Shown in pieces: positions 52,178 through 64,000 of a stretch of 64,000 bases of DNA. The stretch comes from Octopus sinensis. Lineage: Eukaryota. The notes under the pieces are model-generated. The model worked only from the letters and a program-made list of their open reading frames with translations. It made no database searches and was not told the DNA's origin. The stretch is from positions 42,594,001 to 42,658,000 of the forward strand of contig NC_043013.1 in NCBI RefSeq assembly GCF_006345805.1. The letters are read 5' to 3'. The first letter of the stretch is position 1. Every line of letters starts with the position of its first letter. The translations under genes and the position numbers were made by a program.

Positions 52178-54394
52178 GAGCAGAAGACACTTAGCCAAGA
52201 TGTCACAAAATGGGATTGAACCCAGAATCATGTGGTAGCAAGAAGCAAACTTCTTACTACACTACAACACCTGCACCTAAAATAACTTTTATAAAATAAA
52301 TTCATAAAATAAAAAAATAAATAAATGCGCCCTTTTAAAGCCTAGCCAGGCTCATGGGCCCAGTTTCCCAGTTTCAATGGCGTATGTTCCCCAGCTGGAC
52401 GGGACGCCAGTCCATTGCAGCGTTACTCATTTTTACCAGCTGTGTGGACTGGAGCAACGTGACATGAAGTGTTTTGCTCAAGAACACAACGCGTCGCCCG
52501 GTCCAGGAATCGAAACCACAATCTTACAATCATGATGCTGACACCCTAGCCACTAAGCCACGCCCCTCCACAAAATAATAAAGAATTTAGTAAAATAACT
52601 TTGCTATTATTAACCTGCTGTTTGGAACATAAATTAGCATAAAATTTTGATGGGTTTTAATTCATATCAGTTTAAAACAAGAACATTGTATCATGAATGA
52701 AATGAGAGGCAGTTTCAGATCAGATACTATTGAAAGGGTTAAGCAATCTCAATGGAAGTAGCTTTACCAATGAATTAAAAAGTATCTTCTTGGTTTGCCA
52801 AATGATCCAAGTACTCTTCAGAGATATCTAGTAAATGGAAATGATAAGAAGATAGTATTGAAGCTTCTGAAGCAGTAAGCTCAATTCCCTGACAACTTAG
52901 CTCTGCTGAGATCTCTATAAGATTACATCCTAAATTATAAACCTGACAATTTTATCTCGTCTTAAAACTGTGCACTTTGAATCAATGCCAAACTGGGAAA
53001 CAAGCAAATTTCAGACATTCCACAAACATTAAACAGAATTTTAAACTAAATTATTAATCTAAAGTAAAATTTCTAAACATCTGAAAACGCTTGGAAGAAT
53101 TTCAAACTAAAATCTCTCTCTTTTATTTCCTAAAAACTACTACAGCTGCTGCTGCTACTACTACTATTACATATACTACTACTATCACCACTATCACTAT
53201 ATTGCATCCTCAAATATTTTCCCCCATCAGATTGTGCTGCTGTTGTGGATATATTTCCCCGAGAAATCGAGCTTGCCGAACTAATTGGATACAAACGTTT
53301 CCTTTCTGAGATTACAACACTGTTTGAATATAAGATTTAAATGAATAGGCATGGCAGTGTGGCTAAAAAAAAAAAAAACTCACTTTGCAACGATGTGGTT
53401 TTAGGTTCAATCCCACTGCAAGGGACCTGGGGACAAGTATTTTCTACTGTAGCCCCAGACCAACCAATGCTTTGTGAGTGAATTTGGCAGATAGAAAAAC
53501 ATTGTTGAAGCCCAATGTGTGTGTGTGTGTGTGTGTGTGAGAGAGGGAGGGAGGGAGAAAGAGAGAGACAAGAATGCTAAACAACTGCAAATTATCCTGG
53601 TCTTTGATATAATTCTTGATATTTATATCAAGAATTATATGAAACAATCTGTACAGGGAGAAATGAACAACAAAATTGACACCAAGTAATAAATTAACTT
53701 TCATGTACATTCCTTCGTAATATACAACAATTTCTAAATAATTATGGGTGTAAATTCCACATAACCAGTTTACTATAATTAATTTTAATATGATTACTAC
53801 AGGGCCCCTGTATAATTATTTGATAGAAATAATAGTCAAATCTCCCTTAAATTGCACTACTGTTTTATATTCTAAACAAAGGACCAGCTAATCATGGCTG
53901 GATTACTTGACCATTGCTGAACTAGGCCTAAATAATCACAATAATTTCAACAACCAGGGGCCCTTTAAATCAGTGGTTCTCAACCAGGGTCCATGCAAGA
54001 TTTTACTGGTTATACTTTTATAAAATACAAAATATTTCAAAAACCTTTTAATATAATTCCTAATAACATTTTAATTATAAATTTAATTATAATTATAAAA
54101 AACGTTATTCCCCCATAACTTAGCAGTTCGTCAAAAAGAACCCAATAAAATATGCTCCAGCATTAAAAAATAAAAAGTACTGAGGGTGATTCATTCAACT
54201 AAAAATACTTCAAGGTAATGCCCCAGCAGGGGCTACTTATTTCAGCCATTGAACTGTGACCATGCTGGAGTACCTCCTTGAAAGGTTTTTGGTTGAATAA
54301 ATTGATCACACTGTTTTTTTTTTTAAAGTCAGCTCCTTATTCTACTGGTCCCTTTTGCCAAACCACCTAAGTTACAGAGATGTGAAGAATCACA

Positions 54395-54602
54395 ACAACT
54401 ACTACCACCTCCACAACTACCAACACCACAACTACTACCATGACAACTACCAACACCACAACTACCAACACCACAACTACCAACACCACAACTACCAACA
54501 CCACAACTACCAACACCACAACTACCAACACTACAACTACCACAGCAACTACCAACACCACAACTACTACCATGACAACTACCATTTTCACCACCACCAC
54601 AA
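54395..54602. repeat. 15-bp minisatellite (CAACTACCAACACCA)n
   Basis: Direct inspection. Confidence 0.95.
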
Positions 54603-54994
54603 CACTAATGTAACACAACCGCTCTGTATATTTTAGTGTTAACCAAGGGCATATTTACCAAAGACGGTAAATTCAATTTCCCTTTTTTCTTTTTTATTAT
54701 TATTATTGGAAGTTATTCCCAACACGGCAGCAAGCAACCAATGATAGAACAGCCCTCAAGCAAACAATTAAGCATGTTGGGAGTTACAAAAGAAATGGAA
54801 AGGAAAATTTTATTTTAATTTAATGAGAAGTTGCCTCCAACAATCAGAAAAACAATCAATGCAAAATTTGAAAGCATTAAGATCATATTTATCTAAGAAA
54901 AAACAAGAAGGAAGAGATTAAGTGCCACAAGACAAGAAGCTCATGGAGAGAAATTAGGGGAGAAACACTTCTTAAAGGAGGGAACAACAAAGTA

Positions 54995-56246
54995 TTAGGT
55001 TATCCCATAAATAATGCAGTTTTTCAATTGCATGAACTAAAAATCGGAAGGGGACAAGATAAACTACCTGCATCAATTTGCTATAAAAATAGTAATTTTA
55101 CCTTGTCCTTATTCTTAGTGCAAGTTTTGAAGAGTGCAGTTCAATTTTAACAGTTATTTTTTCAAAGCTATAATGGAAGTGACAAAGGAGTATATTCGGC
55201 ATATTTTGCTTTATGAGTTCAATAGAAGTAATAATGCAACGGAAAGTGCAGGAAAATTAATGCAGTATATGGGAATCAGACAATAGGCGTAAGCCAGTGT
55301 CAATGGTGGTTCCAGAAATTCCAAGCTAGGAATTACAGCCTAGAAGCTATGTAGAGCTTGACAAAGACATCCTGGTGAAACTAAATTCCATTGTAACTGT
55401 TGAGGAACTAGCAGAGAGGCTTGGATTTGGTCATTCAACTGTTCATTGACATTCATGTGCCATCAGAAAAGTCAGCAAATTGGGTCACTGGGTTCCTCAC
55501 AAATTTTCTGAGTTTAATCACATGCAGAGAGTGAATGTGTAATCTTTGCTGTCACGTCTCACAAATGAACCTTTTTTGCACCGAATAGTGACTGGTGACG
55601 AGAAACGGATTCTCTATAAAAATGTCAAGTGCCGATAACAGTGGGTAGGGAAAGGAGAAACACCAGCACACCAGGCTAAAGAAGGTCTTCACCCACATAA
55701 GGTGTTATCTGTGTGGTGGGATATGAAAGGTTTAGTCCACCTTGAACTTTTAAACCCAACACAAATGATAACAAAGGAGATCTATAGTGAGCAGCTTGAG
55801 TTGCTTAAGTCAGCACTAGAAGCAAAACAACCATCTCTGGTTTCAAGACAAAAGGTGTTCTTCCATCAGGATAATGCTCAGCCACATACAGCGAGGATAA
55901 CTTTTCAAAGGCTGGAGAAGTTTGAACGAGAAATGATGCCCCATCCACCATATTTGCTGGACATTGCCCCATCTAATTATTATTTATTCTGCAGTCTTCA
56001 AAATCATTTGGACAGAAAAAATATGAATTCTGTAGACGAGATCAGAACAGTGCTGGAGGAGTATTTTTCATCATGGGAAAGTGAATTTTGGAAGAGGGGG
56101 GGGGGGCCTTGCAAGTCTACCAGATAGATGGAAGAGTATTGTAGAAAATGAAGGAGAGTATATTTTAGATTAAAAAGGTACTATGTCTTAATTTTGACAA
56201 ATAAAAGAAGTATGAAAAAAATCACATTATTTACGGGATGACCCAA
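54995..56246 (+). mobile_element. Full-length decayed mariner transposon (~1.25 kb)
   Basis: Imperfect TIRs TTAGGTTATCCCATAAATAATG / CATTATTTACGGGATGACCCAA, TA on both sides; empty-site paralog at ~58570-58837. Confidence 0.95.
55173..56173 (+). pseudogene. Mariner transposase pseudogene
   Basis: MEVTKEYIRHILLYEF start; WVPH, IVTGDEK, HQDNAQPH, HPPYLLDIAPSNYYLF motifs; ends EGEYILD*; stops and frameshifts present. Confidence 0.93.
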
Positions 56247-57243
56247 TAAAAGGATGAGATTTAGCAGAAAGATGAATTACTTGATTGGTAAATTTATAAA
56301 GTACAAGGGAAGAAAATTTGGCAAAACAACAACCATGGAAGTATTTATAGAATAGAGATAAAGCAACAATGTCTCAACATTGAGAGAAAGGTTAAGTTTA
56401 GCTGCCAAAACAGGACCAATAATGTTAGAAATCTGCTTCTGAACTCAATCAAGGAGAGAAAGAACATATCATATCATGATACAATCCAGGCATAATTTGC
56501 TTTTGAATCTAATAATACAGATTATATACAGAAATAACACAAAATTTATACATTTTTTTTCATGCCAGAGAAGTAGATTCAACATGATAGCACACCCTAC
56601 AACAAACCACCACCACATGCAACTGGTATTAACACATTTAATACAATGCATATCAAAAAGCTAATTAATAACAATTATGCATTGAGGAAAAGATGACACC
56701 AGCTTAATGACATCATCATCATATGTCTGGTTTCAATGCTGGCAAAGTTTGAACAACTTGTCATGGCCCTGAGTTAGTTCTTGTTCAGAGTTACAACCCT
56801 TCCAAACAAGCTGATAGATCATGCCTCATATGTTGAATTTTTGGCATAGTTTCTGAGGCTAGATTCCCTGCCTAACACCAACTACTACACAGAATGTGCT
56901 GATATTATTTCGATAATATTTATTAAGTACAGAAGACATCTCTGGACAGGTTTCATTCTCATTAGACCTCTTCAACAAAGTATAGTCTGTAATGTACTTA
57001 CCAAAATAGTGGAAAGATAATCATAAAACATAATTAGCTTTCATCATTTACATGTTTCAGTTTTCCAATTGCACCCACACTGGGGCACTGTTTTGAAGGG
57101 TTTTAGTTAAACAAATCAACCCCTAATACTTATTCTGTCAGTCTTTTGTGGAACTATTACATTACAAGGACATAAACCAACCAACACCCATTGTCAAGTG
57201 GTGATGATGCAGGCCAAAATCAAAGACACACATACATAGATAT

Positions 57244-57277
<34 letters not shown>

Positions 57278-57908
57278 TGAGTGAGTGTGTGTGTGTGTGA
57301 GTGTGTGTGTGAGTGTGTGTACACAGACATATACATACACACAGTGGTTTTCTTTCAGATTCCATCCAATCATAAGGCTTTGGTTGGCCTGGGTCTACAG
57401 TAGAAGACACTTGGCCAACATACCAGACCATGGGACTGAACCTAGGACAATGTGGCTAGGAAACTAATTTCTTGCCACACAGCCACTGCTGTGCCTACAT
57501 AATGTACAATAAATGTACATAAAAATTAACACATTTACTAAAATAATAAACCACTGAAGAAAATATTACCCAGAGACGCCATCCACATGAAAAACAATAG
57601 TTAATACTTCATTAACTATCTTAGCATAAGCTTAACTATTGCTCATGTAGATGGCATCTCTGAGCAATTTTCCCAACATTGGTTTATCATCTGTTCATTC
57701 ATTTATTTGAAATTTATTTTTCCAAGCAAGAAAGATTCATATGATGGTATTTGAGCTACAACTTTCACAACCAGATGGTTTTCCTGTCACCAGCCCTTAC
57801 CTTGCCAGCAAAGAATGTTTTGTTCCCAGAGGAATTTGAAAGCAAAGAGCTTACTGACAATTTATTGACAGGAAACGTCAACAAACACTAACATCACTGC
57901 TTGCAGGT

Positions 57909-57998
57909 GAGCTGCAAATAGTGATGTCACTGAATGCAGGAGCTGCAAATAGTGATGTCACTGAATGCAGGAGCTGCAAATAGTGATGTCACTGAATG
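57909..57998. repeat. 31-bp tandem repeat x3 (GAGCTGCAAATAGTGATGTCACTGAATGCAG)
   Basis: Units start at 57909, 57940 and 57971. Confidence 0.95.
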
Positions 57999-58214
57999 TA
58001 ACCATAGCTCAGCACAGATGGTGAACATTTACACAGCCACATACACAAATATATGACAGACTTCTTCCAGTTTCTGACTAACAAAATCCTTCACATGACA
58101 TTGGTCAGTCCAGGGTCATACAAGGCACTTGGCCATGTTGCCATGCAGAGGGGACTGAACCCAAAGCTGTGTGACTGAGAAACAACTTCTCAACCATACA
58201 ACCCTGTTCGTGCA

Positions 58215-58420
58215 TATACACATATATAACGGGAAGCTTTATGAAAATAAACAAAAGACGAAGGCAGGTGGAATACAAACAAACAATTGTATTAGTATGG
58301 CACTCAGGAATGGAAATAAAACAGTCTTTTACGTTTCGAGCCTACGCTCTTCAACAGAAAGATACACAGAAAAGAAACACAGAAAGAAACAAGGAGAGAA
58401 AAAAATATACACATATAACC
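58215..58420 (-). mobile_element. Penelope-pLTR-like short repeat with degenerate hammerhead at 58325-58362
   Basis: TCTTT-CTGTTGA-A-GAGC(gtag)GCTC-GAAACGTA-AAAGA; homologous to 8661-8810; boundaries approximate. Confidence 0.55.
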
Positions 58421-59883
58421 AGTTGTGTGTGTGTGATTATGTTTGTCCCACCCACTCATTTGACAATTAGCATTGGTTTGTTTACATCCCAGTAACATAG
58501 CGATTCAGCAAAAGAGACTGATAGAATAAGTACAGACTTATAAAGCTAGATTATGACCAGATTAATCAGGATATGATATGTGCTTTCTCTTCTTGATCGA
58601 GTTCAAAAGCAAATTTCTTAACATTATTGGTCCTGTTTTAGCAACTAAACCTCAACCTTTCTCTCAACATTGAGACATTGCCGCTTTATTCTAGAAATAC
58701 TTCCATGGTTGTTGCTTTGCTAAACTTTCTTCCCTTGTACCTCCTTTGTAAATTTACTGATCAAGTAATTCATCTTTCTACTAAATCTCGTCCTTTTACT
58801 CTGTTGCCTCTCTTCTGAGAAGCATTTCTACTCTAATAGGCTCTAAAATCAGGGGTTCTCAACCATTTTTTATCTATGGACCCCTTTGATTATTATTTTA
58901 CTTTGGTAGACCCCCAAAAAGCCATTCAATGTTTAAACACTAGTTTATAGATACTTCTTCCAAAATTCCTATTTTGTTTTTCATACTTCAACCTGTGTAG
59001 GTTGAACTATGTAAAATATTAGAGAAAGAAACCTAGCTGTTTCTTACAATATATACCAATGCATAAATCGAAAGCAAAATTTTTTCAGAGGCCTTTAAAA
59101 TACAATTGTGGATCCCCAAAATCCTATACGGATCCTCAGGGGTTATATGGACCCCAACTGAGAACCACTTCTCTACATAGGATAAGTACAGATCAACAGA
59201 GGCCAACAACCCTACCTAGGGGGGGGGGAAAGCCAAGTTACGGAATCTTCAATGACAGTGTAAAACCAACAAGACCTGGGAGACACAGAAAAGACAAACT
59301 AGAGCTGAGAACAATAGAAGAAAATGTCAATGGCCTATTCTCTGAAGGAAGTAAAGGGTGTATGCATATGTGTGTGTGTGTTTGTTATGTCCAATATACT
59401 GCGAGGTCACTAAATCTCTGTGCCGTGTTTACACAAAGCTATCTGTCTCAGAAAAATCCAAAGATCTCATAGCACAACAAAGACTTATTATACAACCCAT
59501 GAGAAAAATAAATAAAAACGGAAGGAAAGAAAAAGGACATTAATATGTTAATAACTGACAAAACAACATTGATTGACTGAAATGTTGTGTAAAAGAAACT
59601 TGAGAAGTCAAGGAACTACACAGACATAAATACTGAATAGACAACACCACGGCATGTAAGTAATGTCTATTAACCTAGTTGTAATTAGTACAGCAGTAAT
59701 AATAGACAATCACTCAGTTCTATAAAGATTCTGACAAGATGATTGCCTATAAATATAGACAGGTATACTTGAGAGAACAACTAGACCGAAGTCTGTAAAC
59801 ATATCTGTAGACATATCCCATCCAAGATGTACTTTATTCCTTGTGAGGATGAAAGGAAACTTCTGGCACTGTTTCTCAAACCA

Positions 59884-59918
<35 letters not shown>

Positions 59919-60099
59919 GTCTACTATAGACACAGGGCCTGAAATTTTGGGTGACGGGACTAGTCAATTACATCGACCCCAGTGTTTCACTAGTACTTAA
60001 TTTATTGACTCTGAAAGGATGAAAGGCAAAGTTGACCTCAGTGGAAATTGAACTCAGAACATAGCAATGGGCAAAATACTGCTAAGCATTTGGGCCAGT

Positions 60100-60484
60100 G
60101 TCTCTTTACTCTTTTACTTGTTTCAGTCATTTGACTGCGGCCATGCTGGAGCACCGCATTTAGTCGAGCAAATCGACCCTGGGACTTATTCTTTGTAAGC
60201 CCAGTACTTATTCTATCGGTCTCTTTTGCCGAACCGCTAAGTAACGGGGACATAAACACACCAGCATTAGTTGTCAAGCAATGCTAGGGGGACAAACACA
60301 GACACACACAGACATATATATATACACGACGGGCTTCTTTCAGTTTCCGTCTACCAAATCCACTCACAAGGCATTGGTCGGCCCGAGGCTATAGCAGAAG
60401 ACACCTGCCCAAGATGCCACGCAGTGGGACTGAACCCGAAACCATGTGGTTGGTAAGCAAGCTACTTACCACACAGCCACTCCT
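60100..60484 (-). mobile_element. SINE family B copy inserted into a family A copy
   Basis: Family A sequence breaks off at ~60100 and resumes at ~60484. Confidence 0.85.
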
Positions 60485-62654
60485 AACAATTCGGCTAGTT
60501 TGTTCCTTAATAATAATAATAATAACTATTTGCAATTCCGGTACAAGGCCAGCAATTTTTTGGAGAAAGGATTAGTTGATACCATCAAATCCAGTACTTG
60601 ACTGGAACTTTATCAACACTAGATGAATGAAAGCCAAAGTTGACTGCAGGAGGATTTGAAACCAGAACATATAGAGTCAAAAGAAATACTGCAGTATGTT
60701 GTCCAACACCAATGATTCTGCCAAATGACTGCCTTAAATAGTAACACTCAACTGTTTCTGATTTAGGCACAAGGCCAACTATTTTAGAAGAAAGATAAGT
60801 AGATTAAATCACACAGACACACACACAGTATTTGACTGGTACATTTATTTTATTGATCTTGGAGTGATAAAATGTAAAGTGGGCCAAGGTGGGATTTGAA
60901 CTCAGAATGTAAAGAGTTATAAGAAATAATATAGGTGCAAGGCCTGAAATTATTGAATGATATCTTATTACGCAAAATGGATGAAAGGCAAAGTCGACCT
61001 AGGCAGGATTTGAAATCAGAATGTAAAGGCTCGGTACAAATACCTTAACCCTTTAGCATTTAAACCAGCCCAGGTCCAAAGATTTTATTTGTTTTATGTT
61101 CAAACTGATCAGATTCAACCTCTCACACCTACTTGACAATGTCACTCTAAAAATAAACAATCACATCATCAATATTTCAAAGCTATGATATGATGCAGGA
61201 TTAATTTTTTTTTAAATGTGAATAAATAAGCATTATATTTCACAGTATAATCTGAATGTCAAAAGGCTAAGGTACTTTTTTTTCCAGTGCTAATGATTTG
61301 CCAGTTTCTCACCTTATCAACGATGATAACAACGATCCCTTACAGGTTTCAAAAAACTGTGGGAGTTTGCACAAAAATCAAATGAGAAATGGCAATTATG
61401 TTATACAGAAATTCTTTTTTTAATTTTGTTGTGTCTGGGGAGTCATTTTCTTTTTGTGTTCTTATAATTTAACACTCAGCGGTAAAATTTCCACTTATTT
61501 TTATTTTTATTAATTGTTTTTTTGAGTAGGACCATTATCCAGAGACAATCAAGGAACCCCATACATCCTAGATTACTCCAACTATGATAAGTGCCTTCCT
61601 CAAGCTGTCACTCCCCAGCCCACAAGAGTATGGAAAGAGATAGGTCAAATCACCCAGGCCATATCTGCCACACTCACTCAACTTCGAATAAATTTGCTGG
61701 AGAGTAACATAATTCTCTACCCTCCAGCTTCCACTCTAAGTGGAACTTAAAAACAGTGATGAGAACTTGACAAGAGAGAAAAGTTACAATGTGTAACAAA
61801 ACAATTTTTTTTTTTTGCCTTTAGTCTGTATAGGTGCTACTTCCTTTTTGCTTCTATCCAGAAATCAAGGGAAATGGCAACTATTCCCTTCAAACTTTGC
61901 TTTTGTGACCTAGACATCAACGTTTTGAAACTAACCTATTTTTCATTACATTTTAGATAGATTCAATGCTGAGCTGCTGAAGCAGAAATATCATTATAGC
62001 AAATATCCTGCTCAACACCACAGATTTGCTTGTCAGCTGCTTGACCTTAACCAGTTGAGCATGTCCCTCAGTGGCTGACAATATGTGCATCTTTGATCAT
62101 GAGCAGTCGGGGAGCATCATAGCCATATGTTGAGAGGGATTCTTTGGGGGCTTCAATAGATTTTAAAAAAGCAAAGTTTGAAGGAAATATTAGCCAGTTT
62201 TCATACTTTCTAAGGGTAAGCAAACAAGAAATGACAGTTGCTATCCAAGGACAAAAATCATGTTACACAGTGCTATCTATCTTCAATACTTTCAGTACTA
62301 CACATTCACCAAAACAACCAGACAGAAGATAACTACCAGACTTTCCCAATCAAAATGGAAATCAGTGGGAGATTTTTCATGCTGGAATCAGCAGGCAACT
62401 GGATCCATAATCACACAACAACAGCTGTTTGACAAAATCCAATAAATCAGCAATGACTGAACACTGAATAAATGCATGCACAACAGATTATACATCTCAG
62501 ACAGGCTGGCTGATGGCATGGAGAGGACCAGAAGAGTACTTTTTGTGGCATCAGGTGTCTTGAACTGACAAAGCAGCCCAGTAGCCATGTCAGACCAGAA
62601 ATTTCAAGAACGATAGGAATACCAAGATGATTCTGAACAGATTAGTGAGTGACC

Positions 62655-62993
62655 GTGAAGGTGCATGGCTCAGTGGTTAGAGTGTTGAGCTTACGATCGT
62701 GAGGTTGTGAGTTCGAATCCCGGACCAGGCTGCGTATTGTGTTCTTGAGCAAGACACTATATTTCATGTTGCTCCAGTTCACTCAGCTGTAGAAATGAGT
62801 TGCAATGTCACAGGTGCCAAGCTGTATCGGCTGTTGCCCTTCCCTTGGATAACATCAGTGGCGTGGAGAGGGGAGGCCTGTATGCATGGGCGACTGCTGG
62901 TCTTCCATAAACAACCTTGCCCGGACTTGTACCTGGGAGGGTAACTTTCTAGGTGCAATCCTACGGTCAGTCATGACCAAAGGGGGTCTCAGC
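62655..62993 (+). mobile_element. SINE family D (tRNA-derived); other copies 23576-23911 and 42136-42468
   Basis: A box TGGCTCAGTGG, B box GTTCGAATCC; 11-bp TSD AGTGAGTGACC (62644-62654, 62994-63004). Confidence 0.9.
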
Positions 62994-64000
62994 AGTGAGT
63001 GACCAAATAATAAAATAGCATACGTTATACAATGAAGGTACATGGTCTAGTGGTTAAGGTGTTGCAGTTTCAAATAACAGATAGGGCAGTGTGTTGTGTT
63101 CTTGAGCAAAACACCTCATTTTACATTGCTTCAGTCCACTCAGTTGTAAATGAGTAGCCCTGCGACAATCTGGCATCATATTCACTTATGCACCATGGAA
63201 ACGAGCCCTATGAGTCCTAACTCTCAAAGCAGTTGTGTCCAGGGGTTGATGATAAGGTCTTACACATTTAACAACACAAACACTGTTATAATTATATACT
63301 GCTTGATATACAGACAAAATACTGCTAAGCATTGTCAACTTTGCCTTTCATCCTTTTGGAGTTGATAAATTAAGTACCAGTTGCATATTGGGGTCGATCT
63401 AATCGACTGGCCTCTCCCCAAAAATTTCTGGCCTTGTGACTAGAGTAGAAAAGTATAATGATATAGTGTTTGTCTACCAATTCTGCTAAGCTACCAACAA
63501 CAATTTTTTTTTTTTTTTTTATCACAAGTGCAATGGATAAGGGGACATTAGAAGGACAAGTTACAAACCAGTTGAGGTTAGGATCAAGAATTAAGTATAT
63601 GAGAAAGCAGATGAGAATAAACAATATAAATGACAATGTCTCCATAGGGACACAGCCATTTGGGGTATAGTCAGAAACCCTACAGATTCCGGGTTTTTCA
63701 TACTATCAAGAGCAAGAGCCTTGTCCCAGCAGTGGTCAACAGCCATACATTCACATACTCAGAGTAAACCCATTCACTCAGGTCACACATTCACATGCTC
63801 TGTATAGACCCAACCACTCAAGCCATACTCAATCCCTTTCAGGAAATTTACAGGAAGGCAATACTTCTCCCCATCCTCCTCTGTGAGTTGATGTGAGTTC
63901 ATCAAATAGGAAGGTCCTTATCCTCAACCTTATTAATCTCATCCTCCAAACTATTTCTCTCATCATAGCCACCAAACATAGAGGAAAAAACTGACCATCC

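Noticed and set aside
54355-54636. His/Asn/Tyr/Gln-rich ORF (HHNYQ)n
   Set aside because: Translation of a 15-bp minisatellite next to a SINE remnant
57909-57998. 31-bp repeats of CRISPR-like length
   Set aside because: Directly tandem with no spacers, no cas genes, eukaryotic context

Overview
AT-rich, microsatellite- and SINE-dense animal genomic DNA. The repeat families and (TA/CA)n load suggest a coleoid cephalopod, most likely Octopus (inference, no database check). One host gene spans the window: an LMBR1/LMBR1L (lilipod) family membrane protein on the minus strand. I traced 14 coding exons from 46582 to the stop at 6705 (1428 nt, 475 codons + stop, all splice phases consistent); exon 1 was not found. 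Intron 8227-10699 has U12 minor-spliceosome signals. The rest is transposon-derived: five SINE families, CR1- and RTE-type LINE fragments, a full-length decayed mariner, a decayed Tc1/maT-like element, and hAT, piggyBac, Merlin and pogo-like MITEs. The most unusual signal is a set of short non-coding elements with Penelope-type minimal hammerhead ribozyme motifs: (i) a perfect 220-bp-arm palindrome at 41643-42085 with a hammerhead on each strand; (ii) a 401-bp TSD-bounded element at 34435-34835 combining a tRNA-derived Pol III head, a hammerhead and an inverted antisense arm; (iii) degenerate hammerheads of a third family at 8747-8784 and 58325-58362. Most ORFs in the supplied track are microsatellite or SINE artefacts.
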